A stretch of DNA of 64,000 nucleotides from Candidatus Nealsonbacteria bacterium DGGOD1a (GTDB taxonomy: Bacteria > Patescibacteriota > Minisyncoccia > Minisyncoccales > UBA5738), in NCBI GenBank assembly GCA_022530585.1, contig CP092821.1, positions 457,525 to 521,524 of the forward strand, written 5' to 3'. Each line of letters begins with the position of its first letter. The stretch's first letter is position 1. The notes under the pieces were generated by a model. It saw nothing but the letters and a program-made list of their open reading frames with translations, made no database searches and was not told where the DNA came from. The position numbers were made by a program, and so were the translations under genes. Shown piece by piece: positions 8,710 to 18,713 of this stretch.

Positions 8710-11208
8710 ATGGAGGGATTAACTAATTATGTTGATTTTGGATTGGCCAAAGTGGTCGCGGCCGCGGATAAGGCCGCGGTTTGGCCGACCGAGTGGCTGT
8801 ATTTTGGCGCGGCCGGAATTTCGGCGTGCGTTTTCGGGCTGTTGTTTTGGGGTTACAAAAGAAAGCGGAAGCGCGATGGTTTCCGGATGGCTATGGATTT
8901 GGTTTTGCTATCCATAAAAATACCGCACAAATCGGCGGAGGAAATCCAACAGGCGGGCAAACAGGAAAAAGACTGGATCAAGGTGATGGAGGATTTCTAT
9001 GCCAATATGATTTCGCTCAAGCCCGCGGGAATGTTCTCGCTCAAACCGTGGATCGCGCTGGAAGTGGCCAAGATCAAGGGTGAGATTTGTTTCTTCGCGG
9101 CGGTTCCCAAAAAGTACGCCGGTTTCGTGGAAAAGAAAATCAACAGCATTTATTCGGACGCCCAGATCGAGCGGTCGGACGATTTCAACATTTTCGGTTA
9201 TAAAGAAAAAGTTTATTGCGGTTATTTAAAAACCGCCAAGTCGGTATATTTGCCGATAAAAACCTTTAATTACATTGAAGTTGATCCGTTGTCGAGCATC
9301 ACCAATACCCTTACCAAACTGGCCGAACATGAAGAAGCGGCGGTGCAAATCTGTTTGCGCAACACTTCGGATAATTGGCAAATACGCGGCCGGGAAATTT
9401 TGAAACTGATGCGGCAGGGGAAAACATTTTATCAAGCGCGGAATGCCACGGGGTTATGGCAAGCGTTTTTCGGCAGTCCCAAAAAAGACGAAGAGCGCCA
9501 AACGCAAATGCTTCAAGGAGATAATGATTTGGCCAAGCAGATGGAAAGCAAAATGGCCAAGCACAATTTCGCGGTTAATATCCGCATCGTGGTTTCGATC
9601 AAGGACGAGGTTCGCGGCCAGGATGTTTTCAACCAGCTTTCAGGCGCTTTTGACCAATTTTCCGGTCCGGAATTGAATAAATTCAATATCGTCGCCGCCA
9701 AAGGACGCGCGGCGGCCGGTCTTTTGAACGATTACATATTCCGCGGTTTTAACCCGGGCCATGTTTCGGTTCTAAGTTCCGAAGAGCTGGCCAGTATTTA
9801 CCATTTTCCCACTCCGCTTTTGAAAACCCCGAATATCAAAGTGCTGAATTCCAAAACCGCGCCCGCGCCGTTCAATATGAATTCCGAAGGTTTGCTGTTG
9901 GGTTTCAACCAATACCGCGGGGAGAAAAAAGACGCTTATATGGCCGCGCCCGACCGCCGCCGGCATTTATATGTTATCGGGCAGACCGGCACGGGCAAAT
10001 CGGCCTTTTTGTCGAATTTAATCGAGCAGGATGTTCTTGCCGGCGCGGGCGTGGGCATCCTTGATCCGCACGGCGATCTGATTGACGACATTTTGGGCAA
10101 AATCCCCAATGAACGGCTTGATGATGTGGTGGTTTTTGATCCGGCCAACCTCAAACATCCCATCGGTTTGAATATGCTGGAATACGACCCCAAGTTTCCC
10201 GAACAGAAAACTTTCATTATCAATGAGTTTATGAAGATATTCGACAAACTCTATGATTTAAAAGCCACCGGCGGGCCGATGTTTGAACAATACGCGCGCA
10301 ACGCCTTGATGCTGTTGATGGACGATCCGGGCGAAATTTTCACTTTGATGGAAGTGCCCAAAGTTTTGTCCGACAAGGAATTCCGGCATTATCTCTTGGC
10401 TAAATGCCGCAATGGTTTGGTGAAAGAATTTTGGGAAAAGCAAGCCGAGGCCGCGGGCGGGGAAGCATCTTTAAAAAATATGGTGCCCTACATCACCTCG
10501 AAGTTCGATACCTTTATTTCAAATGATTATATGCGGCCCATTATCGGCCAAACCAAGAGCACATTCAAATTCCGCGAGATTCTGGACGGCAAAAAGATAT
10601 TTTTGGTTAATTTGAGCAAAGGGCGTTTGGGCGAAATCAACAGTTCGCTGCTGGGATTGATTATCACCGGCAAGCTGACCATCGCCGCGTTTTCGCGGGT
10701 GGACATAGCCGAATCCGAGCGCAAGGATTTCTATTTGTATTTGGATGAGTTTCAAAATTTTGCCACCGATAGCATTTCCACGATTTTATCCGAGGCGCGC
10801 AAATACAAATTGGATCTGACGATTTCCCATCAATTCATCGGCCAGCTGGAAGACGAGATCCGCGACAGCGTTTTTGGCAATGTGGGCACGATCGTATCGT
10901 TTCGCGCGGGGGTGGAGGATTCGGAATTCTTAGCCAAGCAGTTCGCGCCAATTTTTAACGCCCAGGATTTGAACCGGATTGAGAATTATAATGCCTATGT
11001 CCGTATGCTTATCAACGGACAGGTGTCGTCTCCGTTCAACATCAAAACCTATCCGCCCAACAAATCAGACCGCGAGCGTATGGCCGATATCAAGGAATAT
11101 TACGCGCTCAAGGAAGGCCGCGACCGCGAGGAAGTGGAAAATGAAATCACCGCGCGCCGGCACAGTTACGCCGCCGCCGCGGCTTTGCCGACGGTTTCGC
11201 GTTTGTAG
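8710..11208 (+). CDS. VirB4/TraG-TraD-like (type IV secretion coupling-type) ATPase
   Basis: RRRHLYVIGQTGTGKS Walker A, LDPHGDL, YLDEFQNF Walker B, LSEARKY..SHQ; N-terminal TM. Confidence 0.88.
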   Translation: MEGLTNYVDFGLAKVVAAADKAAVWPTEWLYFGAAGISACVFGLLFWGYKRKRKRDGFRMAMDLVLLSIKIPHKSAEEIQQAGKQEKDWIKVMEDFYANMISLKPAGMFSLKPWIALEVAKIKGEICFFAAVPKKYAGFVEKKINSIYSDAQIERSDDFNIFGYKEKVYCGYLKTAKSVYLPIKTFNYIEVDPLSSITNTLTKLAEHEEAAVQICLRNTSDNWQIRGREILKLMRQGKTFYQARNATGLWQAFFGSPKKDEERQTQMLQGDNDLAKQMESKMAKHNFAVNIRIVVSIKDEVRGQDVFNQLSGAFDQFSGPELNKFNIVAAKGRAAAGLLNDYIFRGFNPGHVSVLSSEELASIYHFPTPLLKTPNIKVLNSKTAPAPFNMNSEGLLLGFNQYRGEKKDAYMAAPDRRRHLYVIGQTGTGKSAFLSNLIEQDVLAGAGVGILDPHGDLIDDILGKIPNERLDDVVVFDPANLKHPIGLNMLEYDPKFPEQKTFIINEFMKIFDKLYDLKATGGPMFEQYARNALMLLMDDPGEIFTLMEVPKVLSDKEFRHYLLAKCRNGLVKEFWEKQAEAAGGEASLKNMVPYITSKFDTFISNDYMRPIIGQTKSTFKFREILDGKKIFLVNLSKGRLGEINSSLLGLIITGKLTIAAFSRVDIAESERKDFYLYLDEFQNFATDSISTILSEARKYKLDLTISHQFIGQLEDEIRDSVFGNVGTIVSFRAGVEDSEFLAKQFAPIFNAQDLNRIENYNAYVRMLINGQVSSPFNIKTYPPNKSDRERMADIKEYYALKEGRDREEVENEITARRHSYAAAAALPTVSRL

Positions 11209-11253
11209 TTTCGCGTTTCGCATTTTGTGTTTATGTTTTAACTTATCAAATCT

Positions 11254-11649
11254 ATGGCAGACAAAAAACCGATATTGCCGGAAGTTCCCGGGCCGGCCGA
11301 TGCGGCCGTTGAAAAAAACGAAGCCAAAATCGAAATGACCGAGAAAGGCTTTGAAACCGTGATTGAAATAGAAAGAAAAGATGACGGCGCGCGGGCGATG
11401 CGCGATAGAATCGAACAATCGGGCGCCAAAGGATCAAGCGTTGGCCAAAGCCAAGCGCCGGCGCTTGACGCCGATGTCCAAAAAGAAAAAATAATTTCAA
11501 AATTTTCCAAAGCCGTGCTGGCCGCGGGAATCGATACGGCTGAAACCCAAAAGATAATTGAAGGAATGGAGCAAAAATATCTGAAAAATTTTCCCGATAT
11601 CGTCGACGCGATCCACGACCGCGTCACCGAAGATCGCGACCGCCGGTAA
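11254..11649 (+). CDS. Hypothetical protein
   Basis: Clean ORF followed by a terminator hairpin. Confidence 0.65.
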   Translation: MADKKPILPEVPGPADAAVEKNEAKIEMTEKGFETVIEIERKDDGARAMRDRIEQSGAKGSSVGQSQAPALDADVQKEKIISKFSKAVLAAGIDTAETQKIIEGMEQKYLKNFPDIVDAIHDRVTEDRDRR

Positions 11650-11663
11650 GGAGGCTTTCTGAC

Positions 11664-11697
11664 AACCGGAGAAAAACAAATCTCCGGTTTTTGTTTC
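11664..11697 (+). terminator. Intrinsic terminator
   Basis: AACCGGAGA-loop-TCTCCGGTT followed by a T-run. Confidence 0.65.
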
Positions 11698-11708
11698 AAT
11701 TTTTTATA

Positions 11709-11807
11709 TCTTGCCAGCTCGCCGCGGGGAACAAAAAGAATGAGGATTCCAAGGGAAACATCCTTTGGTTGATGGCGGGGTTAATACCCCGGCATCAATG
11801 TATTTTT
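11709..11807 (+). mobile_element. Diverged three-hairpin element; inverted copy at 58656-58778
   Basis: CATCCTTTGGTTGATGGCGGGGTTAATACCCCG matches the reverse complement of about 58667-58700. Confidence 0.65.
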
Positions 11808-11935
11808 TTATTGAGTGCAATACCTCGGGGCTTTGCCCCGGGGTGCACCAAGAGGATTCCAAAGGGGTGCCCCCTTTGGTCGTCGTGCGGGGTTCATACC
11901 CCGCTCGACGAAATACATTTGGAAAATATATTTTT
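11808..11935 (+). mobile_element. Second copy of the 4421-4547 element
   Basis: Direct match. Confidence 0.65.
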
Positions 11936-12158
11936 TATTGTTCGTTGACGGCGGAATCCCAAGGGACCTTTGAAATTCCGTTAAAGCTCGCGAGATATTT
12001 TTATGAAGAGGCAAATCTTTCCGATTATCCCTTGGGAATGCTCGGGACAGGCGACAGGGATAGACTCCACGCGGCGTTTCGGCGAGGAGGTGGATGTCCA
12101 ACGCAAAGGGTATTCAATTTGTTTTTTATGAGCTAGAATATAGTAATAAATATGGCTT

Positions 12159-13772
12159 ATGAAATTCAATAAAAAATTTCTTATAATTTTGCTGTTGGCC
12201 GCGGCCGCGGCGTATGCGGCGTACGCAAGTTTGAAACCTAAAGAGACGGTTTATAAAACCGAGAAAGTTATCCGCGGGGCGATTACGCAGGAGGTGGCCG
12301 AAACCGGTACGGTAAAAAAGGGAGACACGGTTAATTTGAGTTTCAAAAATTCGGGAACGATCGATCGTATAAATGCGGCCAAAGGCCAGGAAGTTTCCGC
12401 GGGCGATGTTTTGGCCGAATTGGACAGCCGCCAGTTGAAAGTTCAACTCGCGCAGGCGCGCGCCAATCTTGATTTTTATAATCTGCAATTGGAAAAATTG
12501 CGGAAAGGCGCGGCAACCGAAGATATCGGCATTATCGAAAGTCAGGTGAGGGCGGCGCAAAGCGCTCTGGCCAGCGCGGAACAATCGTTGGTCGATGCGC
12601 AAAACAACGCCGGGCAAAAATTGAACAGCGCGTATAAAGATGCCGGCAGCGCGTTGAGTTCGGCTTACATCAAAGCCTATAACGGCCGGAATTTTTCCGA
12701 TCTTTTGCAGAGAACCCATTTCACGCCGCGCGACGATGATTCGATCGCGGTTTGGGACGCGGTGCAGAAAATGGATGTGGCAATCGCGCTGATTAAAAAT
12801 TATTCCGGGGAAGCGCAATTAAACGCCGGCGATGTTTCTCTGGATCCGGTTTTTGCCGCGGCCAAGGTTCAACTGGCGAACATTGAGAGCAGGTTGCGAA
12901 GCATTCGCGCGATCTGTGAAAAAACGCCGTGGCGCGATGCCGTGGAACAAACCTATAAAGACACTCTGGATTTGCACATTGGTTATATGGTGTCCGCTCA
13001 AGCGTCCTTTAATTCCGCGGTGGAAGTCATCGCTTTGCAGAAAGCGGCCAATGATTTGGCGGTAAATTCGGCGCAAGCCGGAGTTGATGCCGCCGATGCG
13101 GCGCTGAAAACCGCCGCCGGCCAGCTGGCGAAAACCGTGGCCGGGCCGCGCGCCGAAGATGTGGGCGTGTTGGAATCGCAGGTGGCTCAAGCGCGGGCGC
13201 AGATTGATCTGTTGAACCTTCAGATTAGCGACAGCCGGTTGGTCGCGCCGGTCGCGGGCCAGATCACCGAAGTGAACGGCAAAATCGGAGAAACGGTTTC
13301 GATGATAACCGGCGGCGCTTTGGTGGCGATAGCTCCCGCCGATCCTTACACTGTGGAAGTCGACATATACGAAGAAGATGTGGTGAAAGAGAAAATCGGC
13401 GATCCGGTGCGAATATCGCCGGCGGCGATTCCCGACAAGGTTTTCGCCGGCCGCGTGCTTTCGATCGATCCGGCGGGCAGACTGGTGAACGGCGTGGTTT
13501 ATTACCCCACCAAGATCGCTTTCGATGAAATGCCGCAGGGACTGAAACCGGAAATGACCGCGGACATCGTGATTGTCACCGCTTTCAAAGAAGATGTTCT
13601 GCAAATTTCGGAAACCGCGTTGCAAAAAAATCAGGATGACGGCTATTTTGTCCGGATATTGGAAGATGACGGCCGGCCGCAGGAAGCAAATGTCGAAGTC
13701 GGCATCAAATCAAAGGGAATGGCGGAGATCGTCTCGGGATTGAGCGAGGGGCAGGAGGTGATTATTCCATAA
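12159..13772 (+). CDS. Efflux periplasmic adaptor (MacA/HlyD-like) with long coiled coil
   Basis: SGTIDRINAAKGQEVSAGDVLAELD lipoyl half, LVAPVAGQI, GLKPEMTA, SGLSEGQEV. Confidence 0.92.
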   Translation: MKFNKKFLIILLLAAAAAYAAYASLKPKETVYKTEKVIRGAITQEVAETGTVKKGDTVNLSFKNSGTIDRINAAKGQEVSAGDVLAELDSRQLKVQLAQARANLDFYNLQLEKLRKGAATEDIGIIESQVRAAQSALASAEQSLVDAQNNAGQKLNSAYKDAGSALSSAYIKAYNGRNFSDLLQRTHFTPRDDDSIAVWDAVQKMDVAIALIKNYSGEAQLNAGDVSLDPVFAAAKVQLANIESRLRSIRAICEKTPWRDAVEQTYKDTLDLHIGYMVSAQASFNSAVEVIALQKAANDLAVNSAQAGVDAADAALKTAAGQLAKTVAGPRAEDVGVLESQVAQARAQIDLLNLQISDSRLVAPVAGQITEVNGKIGETVSMITGGALVAIAPADPYTVEVDIYEEDVVKEKIGDPVRISPAAIPDKVFAGRVLSIDPAGRLVNGVVYYPTKIAFDEMPQGLKPEMTADIVIVTAFKEDVLQISETALQKNQDDGYFVRILEDDGRPQEANVEVGIKSKGMAEIVSGLSEGQEVIIP

Positions 13773-13812
13773 AACAATTTTCAATTTTCAAATTGGTAAT
13801 TAATTTTTTTGT

Positions 13813-14517
13813 ATGGAGCCGCTTATCAAACTTGAAAATGTTTGGAAGGTATACAAGCTGGGCAAGACCGAGGTGCAATCTCTGAAAGGGGTCAGCCTTG
13901 AAATTATGTCCGGCGGTTTTGTGACGGTTATGGGGCCGTCCGGTTCGGGCAAGTCCACGCTTTTGAATATGATCGGCCTTTTGGATATTCCCACCAAAGG
14001 CCGGCTTTTGGTTAAGGGAATTGACGCGGCTAAAATGATGGAAAGCGAATTGGCGCAACTGCGGGGGAGAACCATTGGGTTTGTATTCCAGGATTTTAAT
14101 TTGCTTAACCATCTTCGGGCCTGGGAAAATGTGGAATTACCGATGATTTTTCAGGGTTTGTCTGAAGAAAAACGCCGAAAGCGGGCGCAAGAGCTGTTGG
14201 AACAAGTCAATATGGGACATCGGGCGGATCATCAGCTGGCTGAGCTCTCGGGCGGCGAGCGGCAGAGGGTGGCGATTGCGCGGGCGTTTGCCAATGATCC
14301 GGACTTGGTGATTGCCGACGAACCCACGGGTAATTTGGATTCGATGAGCGGTAAAAAGGTGATGGAGATATTGACCGATTTCCATGAAAAACTGGGGCGC
14401 ACGCTTTTGGTGGTGACTCACGATCATAACATTGGCGCCTACGGTCACCAGCGGGTTTTTATTAAAGACGGCCAATTGGTGGACGAACAAACCGCGTTTG
14501 GCCGCAAGCTGTTGTAA
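13813..14517 (+). CDS. ABC transporter ATP-binding protein (MacB/LolD-like)
   Basis: GPSGSGKST, LSGGERQRVAIARA, ADEPTGNLD. Confidence 0.96.
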   Translation: MEPLIKLENVWKVYKLGKTEVQSLKGVSLEIMSGGFVTVMGPSGSGKSTLLNMIGLLDIPTKGRLLVKGIDAAKMMESELAQLRGRTIGFVFQDFNLLNHLRAWENVELPMIFQGLSEEKRRKRAQELLEQVNMGHRADHQLAELSGGERQRVAIARAFANDPDLVIADEPTGNLDSMSGKKVMEILTDFHEKLGRTLLVVTHDHNIGAYGHQRVFIKDGQLVDEQTAFGRKLL

Positions 14518-14628
14518 TTTTTGTATTTGAGGTCGTTATTCTGCGTAATCGCAGGAACGCGATCTCGGTAAATTGTATTTCGGATTTTAATTTTGAATTT
14601 ATTCTTAAAATAACCCCGCTATTTTTTT

Positions 14629-15867
14629 ATGTTTTACAATTCCAAGGAGTATTACAAAATTGCGGTTCGGAATTTAAAGATGCGGTCGTTAAGATCATGG
14701 CTGACGGTTTTTGGCATTGTCATCGGCGTGTTTTTGATTATCACTTTGCTGTCGCTGTCGGAAGGCATCAAGGATACGATCCAGCGGCAACTGACCTCGC
14801 TGGGCGGCAATATGATTTTTGTGATGCCGGGCGACGATACCAATCCGCTGGCGGGGATAATGTTCGGCGGCGACAAGCTGGAGCGGCAGGATTTGGATGC
14901 CATTAAAAGGACCGACGGAGTCATTACGGTTATGCCGGCATCCTATCAGTCGATTAACGCGCGATTCGGCAATGAAAACAAATCCATTGTGGTACAGGGT
15001 TTCCCGCTGGCCGACAGTATGGATATATTGAAAAAATTTCAGGGATGGAGCTTGGCGGCCGGTCGTTGGCCCAGTCCGGGAAGAACCGAAGTGGTGGCCG
15101 GAACGCAAATGAACCGAGATATTTTTAAGGTTCCGGTCAATCCGGGCGATGAGTTTAAAATTAAGGGAAAAAAATATACCGTGACGGGAATTCTTAATTC
15201 TTTGGGTTCAAAGCAGGACGACAGCGCCATATTTATGGAAATCAGCGAATTTCAGGATTTGGTGGGCCAGCCGCGCGGTACGGCGCAGATGGCCATGGTG
15301 CAAATCGATGAAGGCGCGGATGCCAATGTGATCGCGGCTAAAATCAAAGATAGCTTGCGGCGCGTTCAACGCCGCGCTTACGGTTCGGATTCCGACACGC
15401 TGAACTTCGCCGTGATCACCGCCGAAAAAATAAGCGATATCACCGGCGGAGTGATGGCGGTCATCCAGTTCGTGATCTTGGCGTTTGCCAGTATCGCGAT
15501 TGTCGTGGGCGGCATCGGCATCACCAATACGATGTACACTTCGGTGCGCGAGCGCACGCGCGAGATCGGCATTATGAAAGCCATCGGCGCCACTAACGGC
15601 GCGATTATGGCGATATTTTTATTTGAAGCCGGGATTATCGGTTTTGGCGGCGGCATCGGCGGCACAATTTTGGGATTGGGCGTTGCCGCGATCGTGCAGG
15701 CCTATGGACAGGTGCATCCGATGTTCTATTTCACCGCGTCGTTTTCGCCGTGGATCGTGATTTTCGGAATGTCGTTCTCGTTTTTGATCGGCTGTCTGGC
15801 GGGAATTTTGCCGGCGCGCGCCGCGGCCAAATTGCGGCCCATTGACGCGCTGCGGAAATACGAGTGA
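14629..15867 (+). CDS. ABC transporter permease (MacB/FtsX-like)
   Basis: RSWLTVFGIVIG, GGIGITNTMYTSVRERTREIGIMKAIGA, PARAAAKLRPIDALRKYE. Confidence 0.95.
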   Translation: MFYNSKEYYKIAVRNLKMRSLRSWLTVFGIVIGVFLIITLLSLSEGIKDTIQRQLTSLGGNMIFVMPGDDTNPLAGIMFGGDKLERQDLDAIKRTDGVITVMPASYQSINARFGNENKSIVVQGFPLADSMDILKKFQGWSLAAGRWPSPGRTEVVAGTQMNRDIFKVPVNPGDEFKIKGKKYTVTGILNSLGSKQDDSAIFMEISEFQDLVGQPRGTAQMAMVQIDEGADANVIAAKIKDSLRRVQRRAYGSDSDTLNFAVITAEKISDITGGVMAVIQFVILAFASIAIVVGGIGITNTMYTSVRERTREIGIMKAIGATNGAIMAIFLFEAGIIGFGGGIGGTILGLGVAAIVQAYGQVHPMFYFTASFSPWIVIFGMSFSFLIGCLAGILPARAAAKLRPIDALRKYE

Positions 15868-16109
15868 AATGCCATAATTTCCAATTTGTTTTGAATTGCG
15901 AAACGCTTTGCATTCGGGGTCTATCCCTTGCGTAATCGCAAGGGATAGACCCCGGCAATGGCATTCGTATTTAATGGTTTCGCGATTCAAGAAATTCAGT
16001 AATTTTGATATTCGGGAATTTATTGGCAATTTGATATGATTTGCGGTTGCAATAAAAATTTAATTTCGTAAAATAAAATAAAAGGTGATTTTCTAATTCC
16101 TCGAACTTG

Positions 16110-18209
16110 ATGTCCCCGCGAATCTCAAAAATAAAAAAGAGCGAATGGCATAAGCAATCCGTTGATATCCGGCTGGCGATTGGTTTTTTAACGACCTTCG
16201 CTTTTTTAATTGGAATTTATCTGATTGCCAATTTTCGGATCGCGAGTTCGCCGATAACGATATTCGATAATCCTAATTTTGGCGCGGCGGTTTCCGACGA
16301 CAAACCGGCCGGCGCGGATAATAAGCCGCGGCTAAAGGCTTTTTCATCGCCGGATGATTTCAAGAGCTATCTTGACGACGGTAATCGCGCGTTCATCGGC
16401 GGAATATACGAAGAGCGGGCTTTTGCTTCGGCGAACAATTCCGCTTCGGTTCCGCCGGCCATCGCGAAAACCGCCGCGGCAAAAACACCGGCCAAAAATC
16501 AAAAAATCGATAACGAAATCATCGCCGCCGCGGACGGTTTGCGGTATATGAGTCTTGGCAAGATTGCCGCGGATTCGACAAGCGATATAATTTTATCCGG
16601 GGAGAAGAATATCTATTTTTCCCCGGAAAACCAGTATTACCGGCCGGCTTTTATGGAGGCGGCCGAATTGCCGGCCGGGGAAACGAAAATATTCGATATC
16701 GGCGATCCGGCGGCGATGGCGCAAATCGGTATGGTGGCGCAAGACGGCGATCTGTTGATGGCGGATAACGCTCTGGTCGTGATTTCAGAAAATTCCGTGT
16801 CCGCTTTTGATGTGTCCAGCGCTTTCGTACCGGTCGATTTGTGGAAAGCGCGCGTTAACGAGGGAACCAAAGTTGTCGCGCAAAAAACGATTGGATCAAA
16901 ATTATATTTGGGGTTAAGAACTAAAATCGACACGGCTAATCCGTGTCCCGTCAAGCCGTTATCGGTCGGAGACAAACCTTTGATCATAGATTGCGCCGCC
17001 ATTTTTCATCCCGAACCGCCGATAATGGCGGATTCGATATTCACTGTGGTTGAAATCGATGTTGCGTCCGGTCAGACTTCGCGCGATATTTCATTCGTGG
17101 GCGGGGAGAATACTTCCGCGGTATTTTTATCCGATGGATCGGCGGCCGCGGTCTGGGGCCAGGGCGGGGATTATATTTCCTTTTTTACCGATTTCTTGCA
17201 AGATAAATGCAAGGGCTTGCTTCCCAACTATTTATTGGAAAAGGCGTCCAAACTCCCCGGTTGCGCGATATCGCTGGCGGCAAAAGAGCTTGAGTTGCGG
17301 TCATTGCTTTCCAATTGGTTCGGGTCGTTGAACGGCGATGAACAAACGCGGATCGCGGGAGAAGTTTCCGGCCGTTTGTCCGATTATTTGCGCGACCATT
17401 ACCGCGATTTTGAACAGACCGGCATCGCTCTGGCGGATATGGGTTCATTCTCGTTCAGCTATCAAAATCAGGTCGCGGGGCGTCTGGTTTCCGGCGGCTT
17501 GGCGGCGGCGCGGGACGGAAGTTTGCGCTTGGCCACTGTTTCGGGGAGCGGCGCGGTTAAAAAAATGAATTGGCTGGTTACGGGCAAGATCGATACCGAT
17601 GGCGTTGAAAAAATACTTAATAACATTTATGTTCTCGGCGCCAACCTTGAAATTTCCGCCGCGGGCGAAAATCTTGATTTGGCCGCCGGCGTATGCGCGT
17701 TGCGTTATTCGGCCAACGCGGCCTATTTATCGACCTGTCGCGGGAACGATCCGGTTTACGCCGTCGGATTCGCGGCCGGCGCGGCGGGAGTGGCAAGCCG
17801 GCTGAAAACTTTTGGATTCCCGGCCTATCTTTATCCGTTCGACGACGGTTTTCTTTTGGAAGTTTCAAAAAACAGCCGTAAAATAAAATTAACTTTATAC
17901 GACGCGACCATGGCGTCGAAAATCGATCGAATTTCAGAATTCGATGTCAATGATTATTGGGCCGATTTTGACGGCAATTACGCGGCTTTCGCTTCCGACG
18001 AAGCCGGCAAAACATTTTTCCTGCCCGCGGCCCGCGGCGGTTATGTTTTCTCGCGGGCGGGCGGGAAGATCGAATTGAAAAAAAATATCGGAAGCCTGGC
18101 GGTTGGCCGCGCGTTTTTTCGCGCCGGATATTTGTATTTGGCTGGCGATGACGGAATCGAAGTTTTTCTCGCGCCGGATTGGAATAATGCGAAAACCATA
18201 AGATTCTAG
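16110..18209 (+). CDS. Membrane-anchored secreted protein with beta-propeller-like domain
   Basis: N-terminal TM; LKAFSS.DDFKSYL, LRLAT, DPVYAV, GFPAYLYPF resemble the Beta_propel family. Confidence 0.65.
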   Translation: MSPRISKIKKSEWHKQSVDIRLAIGFLTTFAFLIGIYLIANFRIASSPITIFDNPNFGAAVSDDKPAGADNKPRLKAFSSPDDFKSYLDDGNRAFIGGIYEERAFASANNSASVPPAIAKTAAAKTPAKNQKIDNEIIAAADGLRYMSLGKIAADSTSDIILSGEKNIYFSPENQYYRPAFMEAAELPAGETKIFDIGDPAAMAQIGMVAQDGDLLMADNALVVISENSVSAFDVSSAFVPVDLWKARVNEGTKVVAQKTIGSKLYLGLRTKIDTANPCPVKPLSVGDKPLIIDCAAIFHPEPPIMADSIFTVVEIDVASGQTSRDISFVGGENTSAVFLSDGSAAAVWGQGGDYISFFTDFLQDKCKGLLPNYLLEKASKLPGCAISLAAKELELRSLLSNWFGSLNGDEQTRIAGEVSGRLSDYLRDHYRDFEQTGIALADMGSFSFSYQNQVAGRLVSGGLAAARDGSLRLATVSGSGAVKKMNWLVTGKIDTDGVEKILNNIYVLGANLEISAAGENLDLAAGVCALRYSANAAYLSTCRGNDPVYAVGFAAGAAGVASRLKTFGFPAYLYPFDDGFLLEVSKNSRKIKLTLYDATMASKIDRISEFDVNDYWADFDGNYAAFASDEAGKTFFLPAARGGYVFSRAGGKIELKKNIGSLAVGRAFFRAGYLYLAGDDGIEVFLAPDWNNAKTIRF

Positions 18210-18266
18210 CGCGGTCTCGTCTTTTTTGATTGTATATTTTAATTTATTTTGTGATAAAATAAATCT

Positions 18267-18686
18267 ATGACAATAATTGAAACTCTGGCAAAAATCGATC
18301 CGATGCTTTATGTGTCGATGTTTTTGCTGCCGTTCGTGCTATACGGATATTTGGTATCGTCAAAATCAAAAAAGAGAATCGCGGCCTCTTTGGCCAATCC
18401 GGCCGACCAGCTCAAAGAAAAGAAAATAAATATCCGCAAAGAGGTAACCGCGTCGCTTTTTTTGGGAGGCAGCGTGGCTTTCGGCGCGGCGATAATTATT
18501 ATCATCGGTTTTCTTGTGATGGATTTCAAAAATAGCAGCGGGCTTTTCGCGGTACCTTTGCCCGCGGCGACTTTTCCTCCGGCTCCGTCATGGGTCTATC
18601 CTTCCGCGCCTGAAAAACAGGCCGAAGCTCCCGCGGCAAAGGCGGTCAATGATGTTAAGGAATCGGAAGGTTTTCTCATTGATTGA
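18267..18686 (+). CDS. Hypothetical membrane protein (2 TM)
   Basis: Two hydrophobic segments. Confidence 0.65.
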   Translation: MTIIETLAKIDPMLYVSMFLLPFVLYGYLVSSKSKKRIAASLANPADQLKEKKINIRKEVTASLFLGGSVAFGAAIIIIIGFLVMDFKNSSGLFAVPLPAATFPPAPSWVYPSAPEKQAEAPAAKAVNDVKESEGFLID

Positions 18687-18713
18687 ATTTTGTAATTTTT
18701 AAATAATCACAAT

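Noticed and set aside
8710..11208. Conjugative element or ICE
   Set aside because: Lone ATPase with no relaxase, integrase or mating-pair genes
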